A program made the position numbers and the translations under genes. The notes below the pieces were generated by a model. The model saw only the letters and a program-made list of their open reading frames with translations, did not search any database and was not told the origin of the DNA. A DNA stretch of 64,000 bases from an uncultured Gammaproteobacteria bacterium (GTDB lineage Bacteria > Patescibacteriota > Microgenomatia > JAMCZE01), in contig CAZXMM010000001.1 of NCBI GenBank assembly GCA_964641255.1, positions 537,984 through 601,983 of the forward strand, given 5' to 3'. Each line of letters opens with the position of its first letter. Position 1 is the stretch's first letter. Positions 8,647 through 16,263 of this stretch are shown in pieces.

Positions 8647-10140
8647 ATGTTTCTCGCTGACCGCCTTTTAAACAAGGTAACGATGTACTTCCTAGTTTTA
8701 AACGGACTGGGAATACTCTCAATTATTGCCATTCTTTTGGGCTTTATTGGGCTGCTTCCTTATTCGGGTATTCAATTTTCTATTCTTCTGGCTGTTATCT
8801 ATGGGTCCTGCCTGGCCTTTCACTACACCTTAGCCAAACTCTTTAAAGCTACTACCAATAAAGAATCCTACCGCATTACAGCTCTCATTCTTTTTTTCCT
8901 TCTGTCACCGATCTTTAACTGGACAGACCTAGTAGTTACTATTGTGGCTTGTTTTATCGGGATGGCGTCAAGGTATGCTTTTGCCATTGAAAAAAAACAT
9001 ATCTTCAACCCCGCAGCGATAGCGATTTTCCTCTTAGGGCTGTTTGGTTATGGCAATGCCATTTGGTGGGTAGGAAGCACTGTTCTTTTGCCTTTTGTCC
9101 TTACTTTGGGACTGGCAGTAGTAAGAAAGATTCGAAAGTTTCGGCTGTTCTTGCCTTTCTTGGGAGCTTCCCTCATCACTATTTCTGTCTACGGGGTCGA
9201 TCCAGTCCAAGCCTTAACCTCTTGGCCCCTTATTTTCCTTGGGACCATCATGCTTACCGAGCCTCTTACTACCCCGCCCACAAAGTACAAAGCGATGATC
9301 TATGGAGCACTCGTTGGCATCTTAACCGGAGCTCAGTTTAGTGTTGGACCACTGCATGCCTCCCCCGAATTTGCTCTAGTGGTGGGAAACATTTTCTCCT
9401 ATATTGTAAGTCCTAAGAAAAAACTCTTTAGTGAACTTAAGGAGAGGATTCAACTAGCACCAACGATCTTTGAATTCGTCTTTGCCAAGGACAAAGACTT
9501 TTCTTTTACACCGGGACAATACCTGGAATGGACCATTGCTCACAACCACCCTGACAGTAGGGGCAACAGGCGCTACTTTACGATTGCCTCTTCTCCCACC
9601 GAAAAAGATTTAAGACTGGGAGTCAAGATAGTTGAAGGTAGTTTTAGTAGTGCCAAAAAGACGCTGCTTGGAATGGAACTCGGGACTAAAATAGTTGCCT
9701 CCCAGCTAGCCGGTGATTTTATTCTTCCTAAAGATGACAAGCAAAAACTGGCCTTCATTGCGGGGGGAATTGGGGTGACTCCCTACAGAAGTATTATTAA
9801 ATATCTTCTGGATAAAAAAGAAAAGAGAGATATTATTTTTTTCTATACCTGTGGTAGTGAAAGCGAATTTGTTTACAGGGATATCTTTGCTCAAGCTGTC
9901 AGTGAACTGGGAATAAAAGTAATCTATGTAATTACGGAGGAAGATAAAGCACCCGAAAACTGGAGCGGGGAAAGGGGCAGAATCAGCAAAGAGATACTTG
10001 AGAAACACATTTCTGATCTGAAAGAAAGAAAATTTTATCTTTCTGGACCCAATGCTATGGTGGAGTCGTACGACCAGTTAATAAGAAGCATGGGGGTAGG
10101 CAGAGGTAAAATTGTTAAAGACTACTTCCCGGGGTTTTAA
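8647..10140 (+). CDS. RnfD/NqrB-like membrane domain fused to FNR-type FAD/NAD(P)H oxidoreductase
   Basis: N-terminal multi-TM with HIFNPAA and MLTEPLTTP; C-terminal FTPGQY, RYFTIASSP, AGGIGVTP, YLSGP. Confidence 0.85.
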   Translation: MFLADRLLNKVTMYFLVLNGLGILSIIAILLGFIGLLPYSGIQFSILLAVIYGSCLAFHYTLAKLFKATTNKESYRITALILFFLLSPIFNWTDLVVTIVACFIGMASRYAFAIEKKHIFNPAAIAIFLLGLFGYGNAIWWVGSTVLLPFVLTLGLAVVRKIRKFRLFLPFLGASLITISVYGVDPVQALTSWPLIFLGTIMLTEPLTTPPTKYKAMIYGALVGILTGAQFSVGPLHASPEFALVVGNIFSYIVSPKKKLFSELKERIQLAPTIFEFVFAKDKDFSFTPGQYLEWTIAHNHPDSRGNRRYFTIASSPTEKDLRLGVKIVEGSFSSAKKTLLGMELGTKIVASQLAGDFILPKDDKQKLAFIAGGIGVTPYRSIIKYLLDKKEKRDIIFFYTCGSESEFVYRDIFAQAVSELGIKVIYVITEEDKAPENWSGERGRISKEILEKHISDLKERKFYLSGPNAMVESYDQLIRSMGVGRGKIVKDYFPGF

Positions 10141-11189
10141 GAAGCTAATCCCAAAAATTCGCCCATCCGCATAGTCTCTGCTTCTAGCTCTTTTTCAAAC
10201 TGTTTGCTCTTTGGTCGGAACTTAACAAAGCCCAAATCCACATTTAAGGCGTTACTAACTACTTTAACATTGGCCCAGCCAATAATATCTTCTTGCCACA
10301 GAAGGGGCATAGCATAGTAGCCGCGAATTCTTTTGGGGGCAGGAGTGTAGGCCTCAAATTGATATAGCCAACCCCACAGATGCTCAAAGCGGTACCGATC
10401 ACGCACTACTGGATCAAAGGGAGTTAAGAATTTAACCGTAGAAGGTACTTCTTCCTCTTTTAATTCCCCTGTTGGGTAGTAGTAAACTAAACCATCAATA
10501 GTTTCTTTAGTTAATTCGCCGCTTGCTACCAGTTGTTTAAGGATGGGCCTCGTATCACCATGCTGGCGATGAATTCGATGAAACGACTGCGCCAAAGTCT
10601 TAGCTGTAACCGGAGCCATAATGCGAACGGTAAGCATGACGAGGCTTTTTAGTCGCTCGGAAGCGGGTAGGGTGGGTTCGGAAATTATGGTTGGTTCATA
10701 AATCCGAAAGCCATTCTCCCTTTTGGCCACCCTGAGGAGTCCATAGTAGTGCAGTCTTTCCAGAGACATCTTACTGGCTCGTGAGTACCCACTCCACCAA
10801 TTAATTTCCCGCCCTTTGCCAAAGTGCTGCTCTAAGTTCTTTGGGTGAATTGCTCCCAACTCACAAACCTTGTCATAGACACTCTTATCAGCTTTCGTAA
10901 GATCGATTTCATTACGAGGATGTAGCAGTAACCAGCTCTCACGAGTAATATAGCCATGAGCAAAGAGGAAGTCTTCCTCAAGACGTAAGTCACAATACGC
11001 CCGGTCGATATCTCCCACATGATAATCTTTTACTCGGTGACGCAGCGTTAGGTCTTGAGCCCTGGCGGGAGAGCGAATGGGATCAATTTGCACAAACTGC
11101 ATTCGCTCTATTGCTTCCTTTAGGGTAGTGGGCGCAAAAAGTGAGTTAGTAAGAGTCAGGTTTTTAAGTTGTTGTTTGGATAGTTTCAT
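10137..11189 (-). CDS. YcaQ/AlkZ-family winged-helix DNA crosslink glycosylase
   Basis: FVQIDPI (QxD), R..QDLTLRHR, LTPFDPVV.DR, FEAYTPAPKRIRGYYAMPLL. Confidence 0.85.
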   Translation of the reverse strand: MKLSKQQLKNLTLTNSLFAPTTLKEAIERMQFVQIDPIRSPARAQDLTLRHRVKDYHVGDIDRAYCDLRLEEDFLFAHGYITRESWLLLHPRNEIDLTKADKSVYDKVCELGAIHPKNLEQHFGKGREINWWSGYSRASKMSLERLHYYGLLRVAKRENGFRIYEPTIISEPTLPASERLKSLVMLTVRIMAPVTAKTLAQSFHRIHRQHGDTRPILKQLVASGELTKETIDGLVYYYPTGELKEEEVPSTVKFLTPFDPVVRDRYRFEHLWGWLYQFEAYTPAPKRIRGYYAMPLLWQEDIIGWANVKVVSNALNVDLGFVKFRPKSKQFEKELEAETMRMGEFLGLAS

Positions 11190-11239
11190 TAACGAATTCT
11201 GTCCTTCATTTTATACCAAAATAATCTAAACTAAGAAGA

Positions 11240-11944
11240 GTGTCCAAAAAACTGCCCAAGAAAAAAGGCAATTGGCATAAAGCCGTAACTATCGGCGCTT
11301 CTGTTCTCGTTGCCTCCGGGGCTTTATGGTTTTTGACCACCGCCAGCGGCAGCAAAATTCCCGTCCCGTCTTATCAAGCCATGCGTGTCGTTGACGGCGA
11401 CACTTTTGAGACCAACGAACGGCAGCTGATCCGCCTTTCGGGAGTTGACGTCCCAGAACTCAAAAACTGTGGCGGCCCAGAAGCCAAAAAAGCTCTGGAA
11501 AAACTCATTTCGGGTAAAAATCTTTACGTCAAAGTGATCTATCGGGACGGCTCCAATCGTCTTATTAGTCATGTTTACAACGATCAAGGTTTTGTTAGTG
11601 CCCAAATGGCTAGACTTGGTAATGCTTACTATCTCGGCAGTGGAGCCAGCGATTCCACTCTTACGGCTGCTTCAGACTATGCCAGAGAGCACAAGCTTGG
11701 CATTTTCAGTTCAAAATGCACTCAAGTTACAAACACTAAACAGCCAGATTGTGTCATCAAAGCCAACAATCGGGACTATTCAAAACCAGGCGCTCCAAAA
11801 CTTTATCATTTCCCAGGTTGCGGCCAGTACGACCACACGCAAGTGGAACTCTATAAAGGTGATCAGTGGTTCTGTACCGAAAGCCAAGCACAAAAAGCTG
11901 GTTATTCCAAAGGTTCAGATTGCTTTGCCAAAAAATGGAGATGA
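11240..11944 (+). CDS. Thermonuclease (SNase) family protein with C-terminal Cys/His metal-binding-like domain
   Basis: RVVDGDTF, IRLSGVDVPE, AREHKLGIF; C-terminal CVIKAN...LYHFPGC...WFCTESQAQKAGY. Confidence 0.88.
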   Translation: MSKKLPKKKGNWHKAVTIGASVLVASGALWFLTTASGSKIPVPSYQAMRVVDGDTFETNERQLIRLSGVDVPELKNCGGPEAKKALEKLISGKNLYVKVIYRDGSNRLISHVYNDQGFVSAQMARLGNAYYLGSGASDSTLTAASDYAREHKLGIFSSKCTQVTNTKQPDCVIKANNRDYSKPGAPKLYHFPGCGQYDHTQVELYKGDQWFCTESQAQKAGYSKGSDCFAKKWR

Positions 11945-12025
11945 GGTAAAAAAGAGGGGGAGTGTATTTGGCTATTACATCAGATCCTTAATCTCTTGGT
12001 TACTTTTTAGAACTTGATCTATATA

Positions 12026-12045
12026 TGGAACTGGGTACCGTAATT
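12026..12045 (-). repeat. Degenerate copy of the tRNA-Gly 3' end (att-like remnant)
   Basis: TGGAACTGGGTACCGTAATT vs TGGAGCGGGGTACGAGAATT at 13743-13762: 15/20 identical. Confidence 0.45.
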
Positions 12046-12060
12046 GGCTCGAATCTATGT

Positions 12061-12088
12061 GTCCGCCGTAGCCTTGGCGTAGGTGGAT
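12061..12088. repeat. Short GC-rich imperfect palindrome (REP-like element)
   Basis: GTCCGCC-GTA-GCC-TT-GGC-GTA-GGTGGAT within an AT-rich intergenic region. Confidence 0.55.
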
Positions 12089-12285
12089 TTAGCCAGGACG
12101 AGTATATCAAAAAATATCTGCTCGATCCTCATATTCCACTTATCACTGTTGTTAAAATTAGTCTTCGCTATTACATACAGCCCAACCTCAATTGATTTTA
12201 CAACTTAATGTCTTTAAAGACTATCATGAGAAGATTAATCCATTTCTATTTTTAGAAGTGTTTGGGAAACAACGCAAAGATCGAC

Positions 12286-12963
12286 TTACCTCACCTCTTT
12301 AAGTAAAGTTTGCAACATCCATTCCAAAAGAGTAATTCTATCGTCATACCCCTTTTTATCACCCTTTTCTAAGTCACAGCCTAATAAGTCAGCATGCATT
12401 AAAAGAGTTAACTCAATAGCAACATCGTCAACCGTCTCATTAAATATTCGAAAGTATTTTTCTTTGCCTTGATTAGCAATCATTAAATTAAGGATTTCTG
12501 AGATAAAGCCATGATATCTAACTACTCGCTCTACATATGATTCTGCTTTACTATCTAAATCAAATCTTTCTGCAAAATTCTTTACTCTTCCAGCTGCAAT
12601 TAAATCATGACCTGGACACCCGGCTGTCCCATCTGGTTTTTTAACGAGTACATCAGTTTTAGCAATGTCATGAAGTAAAGCGGCGACTTTAAGAGTATTT
12701 TGTCTCGTTTGATTACCAATGACCTCTGATAGATACTTTTTTAATGCATCTTTTTGGTTAAGTTCCAAATTATTAAACTCCAATACCGTTTCAAGACCAG
12801 CATAAACAGCGATGACGTGATCTAGAACATTTTGATTGTTATGCCATAAGCTATTTTCAGTTACTAAGGCTAATTCGTAGTACTCAGGGAATGAAGACAA
12901 ATATGCTTTATCTCTAAGTGATTTTGATGTTACTTGTGATATGTCTATAAAAATTGGTGGCAT
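12286..12963 (-). CDS. Stand-alone HD-domain protein resembling the HD region of CCA-adding enzymes
   Basis: FPEYYEL...WHNNQNVLDH...AALLHDIAK...GHDLIAA...VRYH...HADLLG. Confidence 0.75.
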   Translation of the reverse strand: MPPIFIDISQVTSKSLRDKAYLSSFPEYYELALVTENSLWHNNQNVLDHVIAVYAGLETVLEFNNLELNQKDALKKYLSEVIGNQTRQNTLKVAALLHDIAKTDVLVKKPDGTAGCPGHDLIAAGRVKNFAERFDLDSKAESYVERVVRYHGFISEILNLMIANQGKEKYFRIFNETVDDVAIELTLLMHADLLGCDLEKGDKKGYDDRITLLEWMLQTLLKEVR

Positions 12964-13014
12964 AATTGTCAGTTCCTAGTAACTTTGTGTACATTTCTGT
13001 ACGTAATTGTCATA

Positions 13015-13034
13015 TGGAGCGGGAGACGCGAATT
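13015..13034 (-). repeat. Copy of a tRNA-Gly 3' end (att-like remnant)
   Basis: TGGAGCGGGAGACGCGAATT vs tRNA 13743-13762: 17/20 identical. Confidence 0.65.
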
Positions 13035-13150
13035 ATTTTGAACTCCTGCTCGATTAAATTCTAATTCATTTTAACAAGTTGATGGAGGCTATACTTGTGA
13101 ATAGCCAAAAAAAGTCATGGTTCAAACAATGGTTAGTTTTGTAATACTTC

Positions 13151-13585
13151 TTATCCACATTTCTCACTTGTCCAAGGTGTGACAAAAAGAGCAAAAAACC
13201 CATTTAGTACATTTGAATACCTCCTACAGGTATGACGCGTTTGAAATTTAATTAACTTCCATCCTTTGTTCTGTTTTTCTACAATATATTTATTTTCGGT
13301 AGGGCCAACTGAGTCATCCCCTACGTATTGTTCTTTAACATAAATTTCTAGTCTTTTATTAAAAAGGTTAGTAACAACTCTAATAAGGCCTTTGTTACCT
13401 TTTTCATCCATATGTTTTATGCTCAACCGGTTGGCTAGATCGTCTTGGGAAAGAACATTAAAATCCTTTAAATCTACGTAATGTTGATAGATCCAGTCGG
13501 ATTTAAGCGGAGTCATGAAGCCATAATCAGAAAAGAAAAATCCTATTAATGTCCTAATAAAAATAATTAAATAAATGAATTGCAT
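13151..13585 (-). CDS. Hypothetical exported/membrane protein
   Basis: AT-rich ORF, hydrophobic N-terminus, C-terminal CRR...W...C. Confidence 0.55.
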   Translation of the reverse strand: MQFIYLIIFIRTLIGFFFSDYGFMTPLKSDWIYQHYVDLKDFNVLSQDDLANRLSIKHMDEKGNKGLIRVVTNLFNKRLEIYVKEQYVGDDSVGPTENKYIVEKQNKGWKLIKFQTRHTCRRYSNVLNGFFALFVTPWTSEKCG

Positions 13586-13742
13586 ACGAATTTTAAACAC
13601 CAATAGCACTTACTAGTGCAAAACACGCGATAATTTATATTGTTATTTTAACATGAGAATGATGAAATAAATTATTGAATTAAAATAATAATATTAGCGT
13701 TGTATCGGTACATGCGCACATTTGAGGGGACTACTGCCCGTC

Positions 13743-13816
13743 TGGAGCGGGGTACGAGAATTGAACTCGCTTCTCATCCTTGGGAAGGATGCATACTACC
13801 GGTGTACTAACCCCGC
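13743..13816 (-). tRNA. tRNA-Gly(CCC)
   Basis: GCGGGGT...ACCCCGCTCCA; anticodon arm CATCC-TTCCCAA-GGATG; CCA encoded. Confidence 0.95.
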
Positions 13817-13891
13817 ACTATTTTTTTAAATTCCTTTCCTTTCGTGTAGGAAATTCTCCTTGTTGCACTAATTACAATTGTTTTTATATAT

Positions 13892-13943
13892 ACTCGCTTC
13901 TCCCCGCCTTTGGCGGGGCATACTACCGGTGTACTAACCCCGC
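13892..13943 (-). pseudogene. Truncated duplicate of tRNA-Gly with replaced anticodon arm
   Basis: Identical to 13765-13816 except for a 15-nt block; lacks most of the T-loop and the 3' acceptor strand. Confidence 0.85.
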
Positions 13944-13999
13944 GACTGCAAAATATTATATGCCTAATTGAGTTTTTGTGAAACCAAAAGAGCCCCTAG

Positions 14000-14437
14000 T
14001 TAAGGATTGGTTGGTCTGATAGGAACTTTCGGGATAAGAAGTGTTTGGCCAACAGCGATTTGGTCAGGACTATACAGTTTATTGGCTTCCATAATATCAA
14101 TTGAGTTGTTGCCACTGGTGTAATAGTATTCGGCGATACTCCAGAGGTTCTCTCCTTCTTGGACAACATGACTCGTGGGGAGGGCCACGGTACTACTAGC
14201 ACTGGCTAAGCGGTCTTGTTCTAGGACGGGTACCACCGCTTGAATCGGAACAGAGGGGGTACTCCTTTTACCACTCTCGTGCCAATACCTTATTTTGCCA
14301 AGGAGAAAGCCACTAAGGACCAGCACGGTGACTATACCCAGTAGCAGCGCCACTGTTCTTTGGGGGCCGGCATCTGGCACCTTGGCCACAGGAAAGGGCA
14401 TCTCCTGCTCCACACTAAGTACCTGTTTAAGGATCAT
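14000..14437 (-). CDS. Membrane-anchored LysM peptidoglycan-binding protein
   Basis: TM then HVVQEGENLWSIAEYYY...IMEANKL...IAVGQTLLIP; ATG 14437 just after the upstream stop. Confidence 0.88.
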   Translation of the reverse strand: MILKQVLSVEQEMPFPVAKVPDAGPQRTVALLLGIVTVLVLSGFLLGKIRYWHESGKRSTPSVPIQAVVPVLEQDRLASASSTVALPTSHVVQEGENLWSIAEYYYTSGNNSIDIMEANKLYSPDQIAVGQTLLIPKVPIRPTNP

Positions 14438-14441
14438 ATTT

Positions 14442-14849
14442 TTACTTACAGCTAATTCTAAGAACATCGCCAGCCTGCAGAGCTCGATTTCTTTTATAAC
14501 CATTTTCGCTAGCAATAATCTCTGCAAAAGTACTATCACCACAAACCAGTTCAGCAATCTTTGAGAATGAATCGCGCGGGGCTACGACGTAATGGATAGT
14601 GCCTGCAGTATCTGCAAGTCTTTTAATTTCCATCTCTTCAGTCTGTTTCGCCTCTTCCGCCGTTTGTTTAGTTTCTGTGGTAGTACCAATTTGAGTATTT
14701 TGATTTGGTCTCCAGAAGTTACTTCTGGCGGCTACGATTCCCACCACAATAAGGGTAGAGAGCCCGAGCCAAAGTTCTGGTCTAGCCCACTGCCTAGGTT
14801 GGGAAGCCCTAATCGTAGAACCTGATTTTGCTAATTTTTGTTTTGGCAT
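14442..14849 (-). CDS. Membrane-anchored LysM protein
   Basis: TM then YVVAPRDSFSKIA...IASENG...LQAGDVLRI. Confidence 0.8.
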   Translation of the reverse strand: MPKQKLAKSGSTIRASQPRQWARPELWLGLSTLIVVGIVAARSNFWRPNQNTQIGTTTETKQTAEEAKQTEEMEIKRLADTAGTIHYVVAPRDSFSKIAELVCGDSTFAEIIASENGYKRNRALQAGDVLRISCK

Positions 14850-14856
14850 AGTAGAG

Positions 14857-15645
14857 TCACCCCCCGTCTTTTTTATGGGCAGCAGCCACAGTGTCGATTA
14901 TATTTAAGATTTCTTGATTTGTCTGGGGGGAATTTGGCTCATTGTCATAAGCCAGTGTCAAAGTGGAAAAAACTGAGTTACTTGTACTTAAAAACACCTC
15001 AGATTGCCCCTTATTACTGGCTATCAGACTGTGGCGGCTAACTTTTTCTACGATTGGAAGCGCTTTTGGCTTTTGATAGCTTAGGGTATTTGCTTCGCTT
15101 AAAGAATTGACCAGGCTCGTTTCGCCACAGGAAGCTTTAATGAGTTCTCTTAGCGGTACTAATGTCTCTTTGCCGTTTACTTCCAAAGTAACTGTTTCTT
15201 TCTTATCCTGCCAGTTAATAGTCTCTTTCCCGAGGGTTACTACCGCTTTTAACTCCCCGTTACTAAAATCACACACCACAACCGAGTAGGTAGCCTTCGG
15301 ATGCTGTGAAATTAAGGGTAAGAGTCCTTGCGCCAAGGCTTGCTGAAGAGCTAGATCAAACGAGGTACCAATTTGTAATCCCGCGCAGCCTAGGTCGGTA
15401 GTATAGTTTTGTTTGACTTCTTCAAAAAAAAGAGAGTAAGTAGACCCCATGCGATTTAGTCCCTGCTTACTGTCGTAGACAAGAATACCGCTAACATCAA
15501 AAACTTGGGACTCCTTGCACCGGTTCAAGTTCACTGGAAGTACTAGTTCACTGGCTAGTACCGATGACGCTTTTGACAAAGATACTCCAAGGATGATTCC
15601 CAAAGCTATCCCCACCAAGGTTAAGCGGCGTTTTAGTTTGGTCAT
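14857..15645 (-). CDS. Exported protein with degenerate penicillin-binding-protein-like segments
   Basis: Signal/TM; GLQIGTSFDLALQQA and VVVCDFSNGELKAVV resemble class A PBP transpeptidase lead-in; no recognisable SxxK/KTG. Confidence 0.5.
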   Translation of the reverse strand: MTKLKRRLTLVGIALGIILGVSLSKASSVLASELVLPVNLNRCKESQVFDVSGILVYDSKQGLNRMGSTYSLFFEEVKQNYTTDLGCAGLQIGTSFDLALQQALAQGLLPLISQHPKATYSVVVCDFSNGELKAVVTLGKETINWQDKKETVTLEVNGKETLVPLRELIKASCGETSLVNSLSEANTLSYQKPKALPIVEKVSRHSLIASNKGQSEVFLSTSNSVFSTLTLAYDNEPNSPQTNQEILNIIDTVAAAHKKDGG

Positions 15646-16121
15646 GGGTGGTTGCTACTATCTAAACTAGCGTGCACCACAAAGCGCTGCTTGTCGTTTT
15701 CCTGGGCACAGGTGTACAGCGTAAGTTGTGGCCCACCAGCGTGTTTTAAGACTGAGAGGTCCTCGGGTTCAACCACTTGAACACTCGTTACTGAGTAGAT
15801 AAACCAATCGAGGCTCGTAAAAATATGGATTTTGTCTCCCACTTTAATTTTAGGCAGGTTGCCAAACAGGTGGGGAAGAGCGTGAGAAAAGATAACGGTG
15901 TTGCCATTACTACCAGGGTAGGCCGTGCCTTGACCAAACGAGGCGCCCGCCAGGCTTACTTGCCAGGTATCATAGGCAACTGGAGCCTCAACTACCGAAA
16001 GATGAATATTGGCTGTGGGAATGGCAATGTGGGTGGGAGGAAGATTAAAGGTGGCCACCACTGGGGTGGCAGCAAGAAAGAACAGTCCAATAAAAAGCCC
16101 GACCACTGCTAAAATTTTCAT
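15642..16121 (-). CDS. Sortase
   Basis: GNTVIFSH, FGNL..IKVGDKI, LTLYTC, RFVVHA (His/Cys/Arg triad). Confidence 0.92.
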   Translation of the reverse strand: MKILAVVGLFIGLFFLAATPVVATFNLPPTHIAIPTANIHLSVVEAPVAYDTWQVSLAGASFGQGTAYPGSNGNTVIFSHALPHLFGNLPKIKVGDKIHIFTSLDWFIYSVTSVQVVEPEDLSVLKHAGGPQLTLYTCAQENDKQRFVVHASLDSSNHP

Positions 16122-16156
16122 ACGTTTAGTGTCGGGCAGGACAAAATAGCACTTTG

Positions 16157-16230
16157 CGGGACCGACCGGACTCGGACCGGCGACCTCTTCCGTGACAGGG
16201 AAGCGCTCTAACCAACTGAGCTACGATCCC
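16157..16230 (-). tRNA. tRNA-Asp(GTC)
   Basis: GGGATCG...CGGTCCCG; anticodon loop CTGTCAC; T-loop variant TCCGAGT. Confidence 0.93.
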
Positions 16231-16263
16231 AAAGTGTGCTAGAATTTTAACATAGCTACGCTG

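Noticed and set aside
5137-11944. Integrated island at tRNA-Thr
   Set aside because: No duplicated tRNA-Thr 3' end or integrase found.
13892-13943. Functional tRNA with an AAA anticodon
   Set aside because: Lacks most of the T-loop and the 3' acceptor strand, and the loop has no U33; treated as a pseudo-copy.
14000-14849. Overlapping LysM ORFs as one frameshifted gene
   Set aside because: Each has its own TM and LysM domain; ATG 14437 starts the second just after the first stop, removing the overlap.
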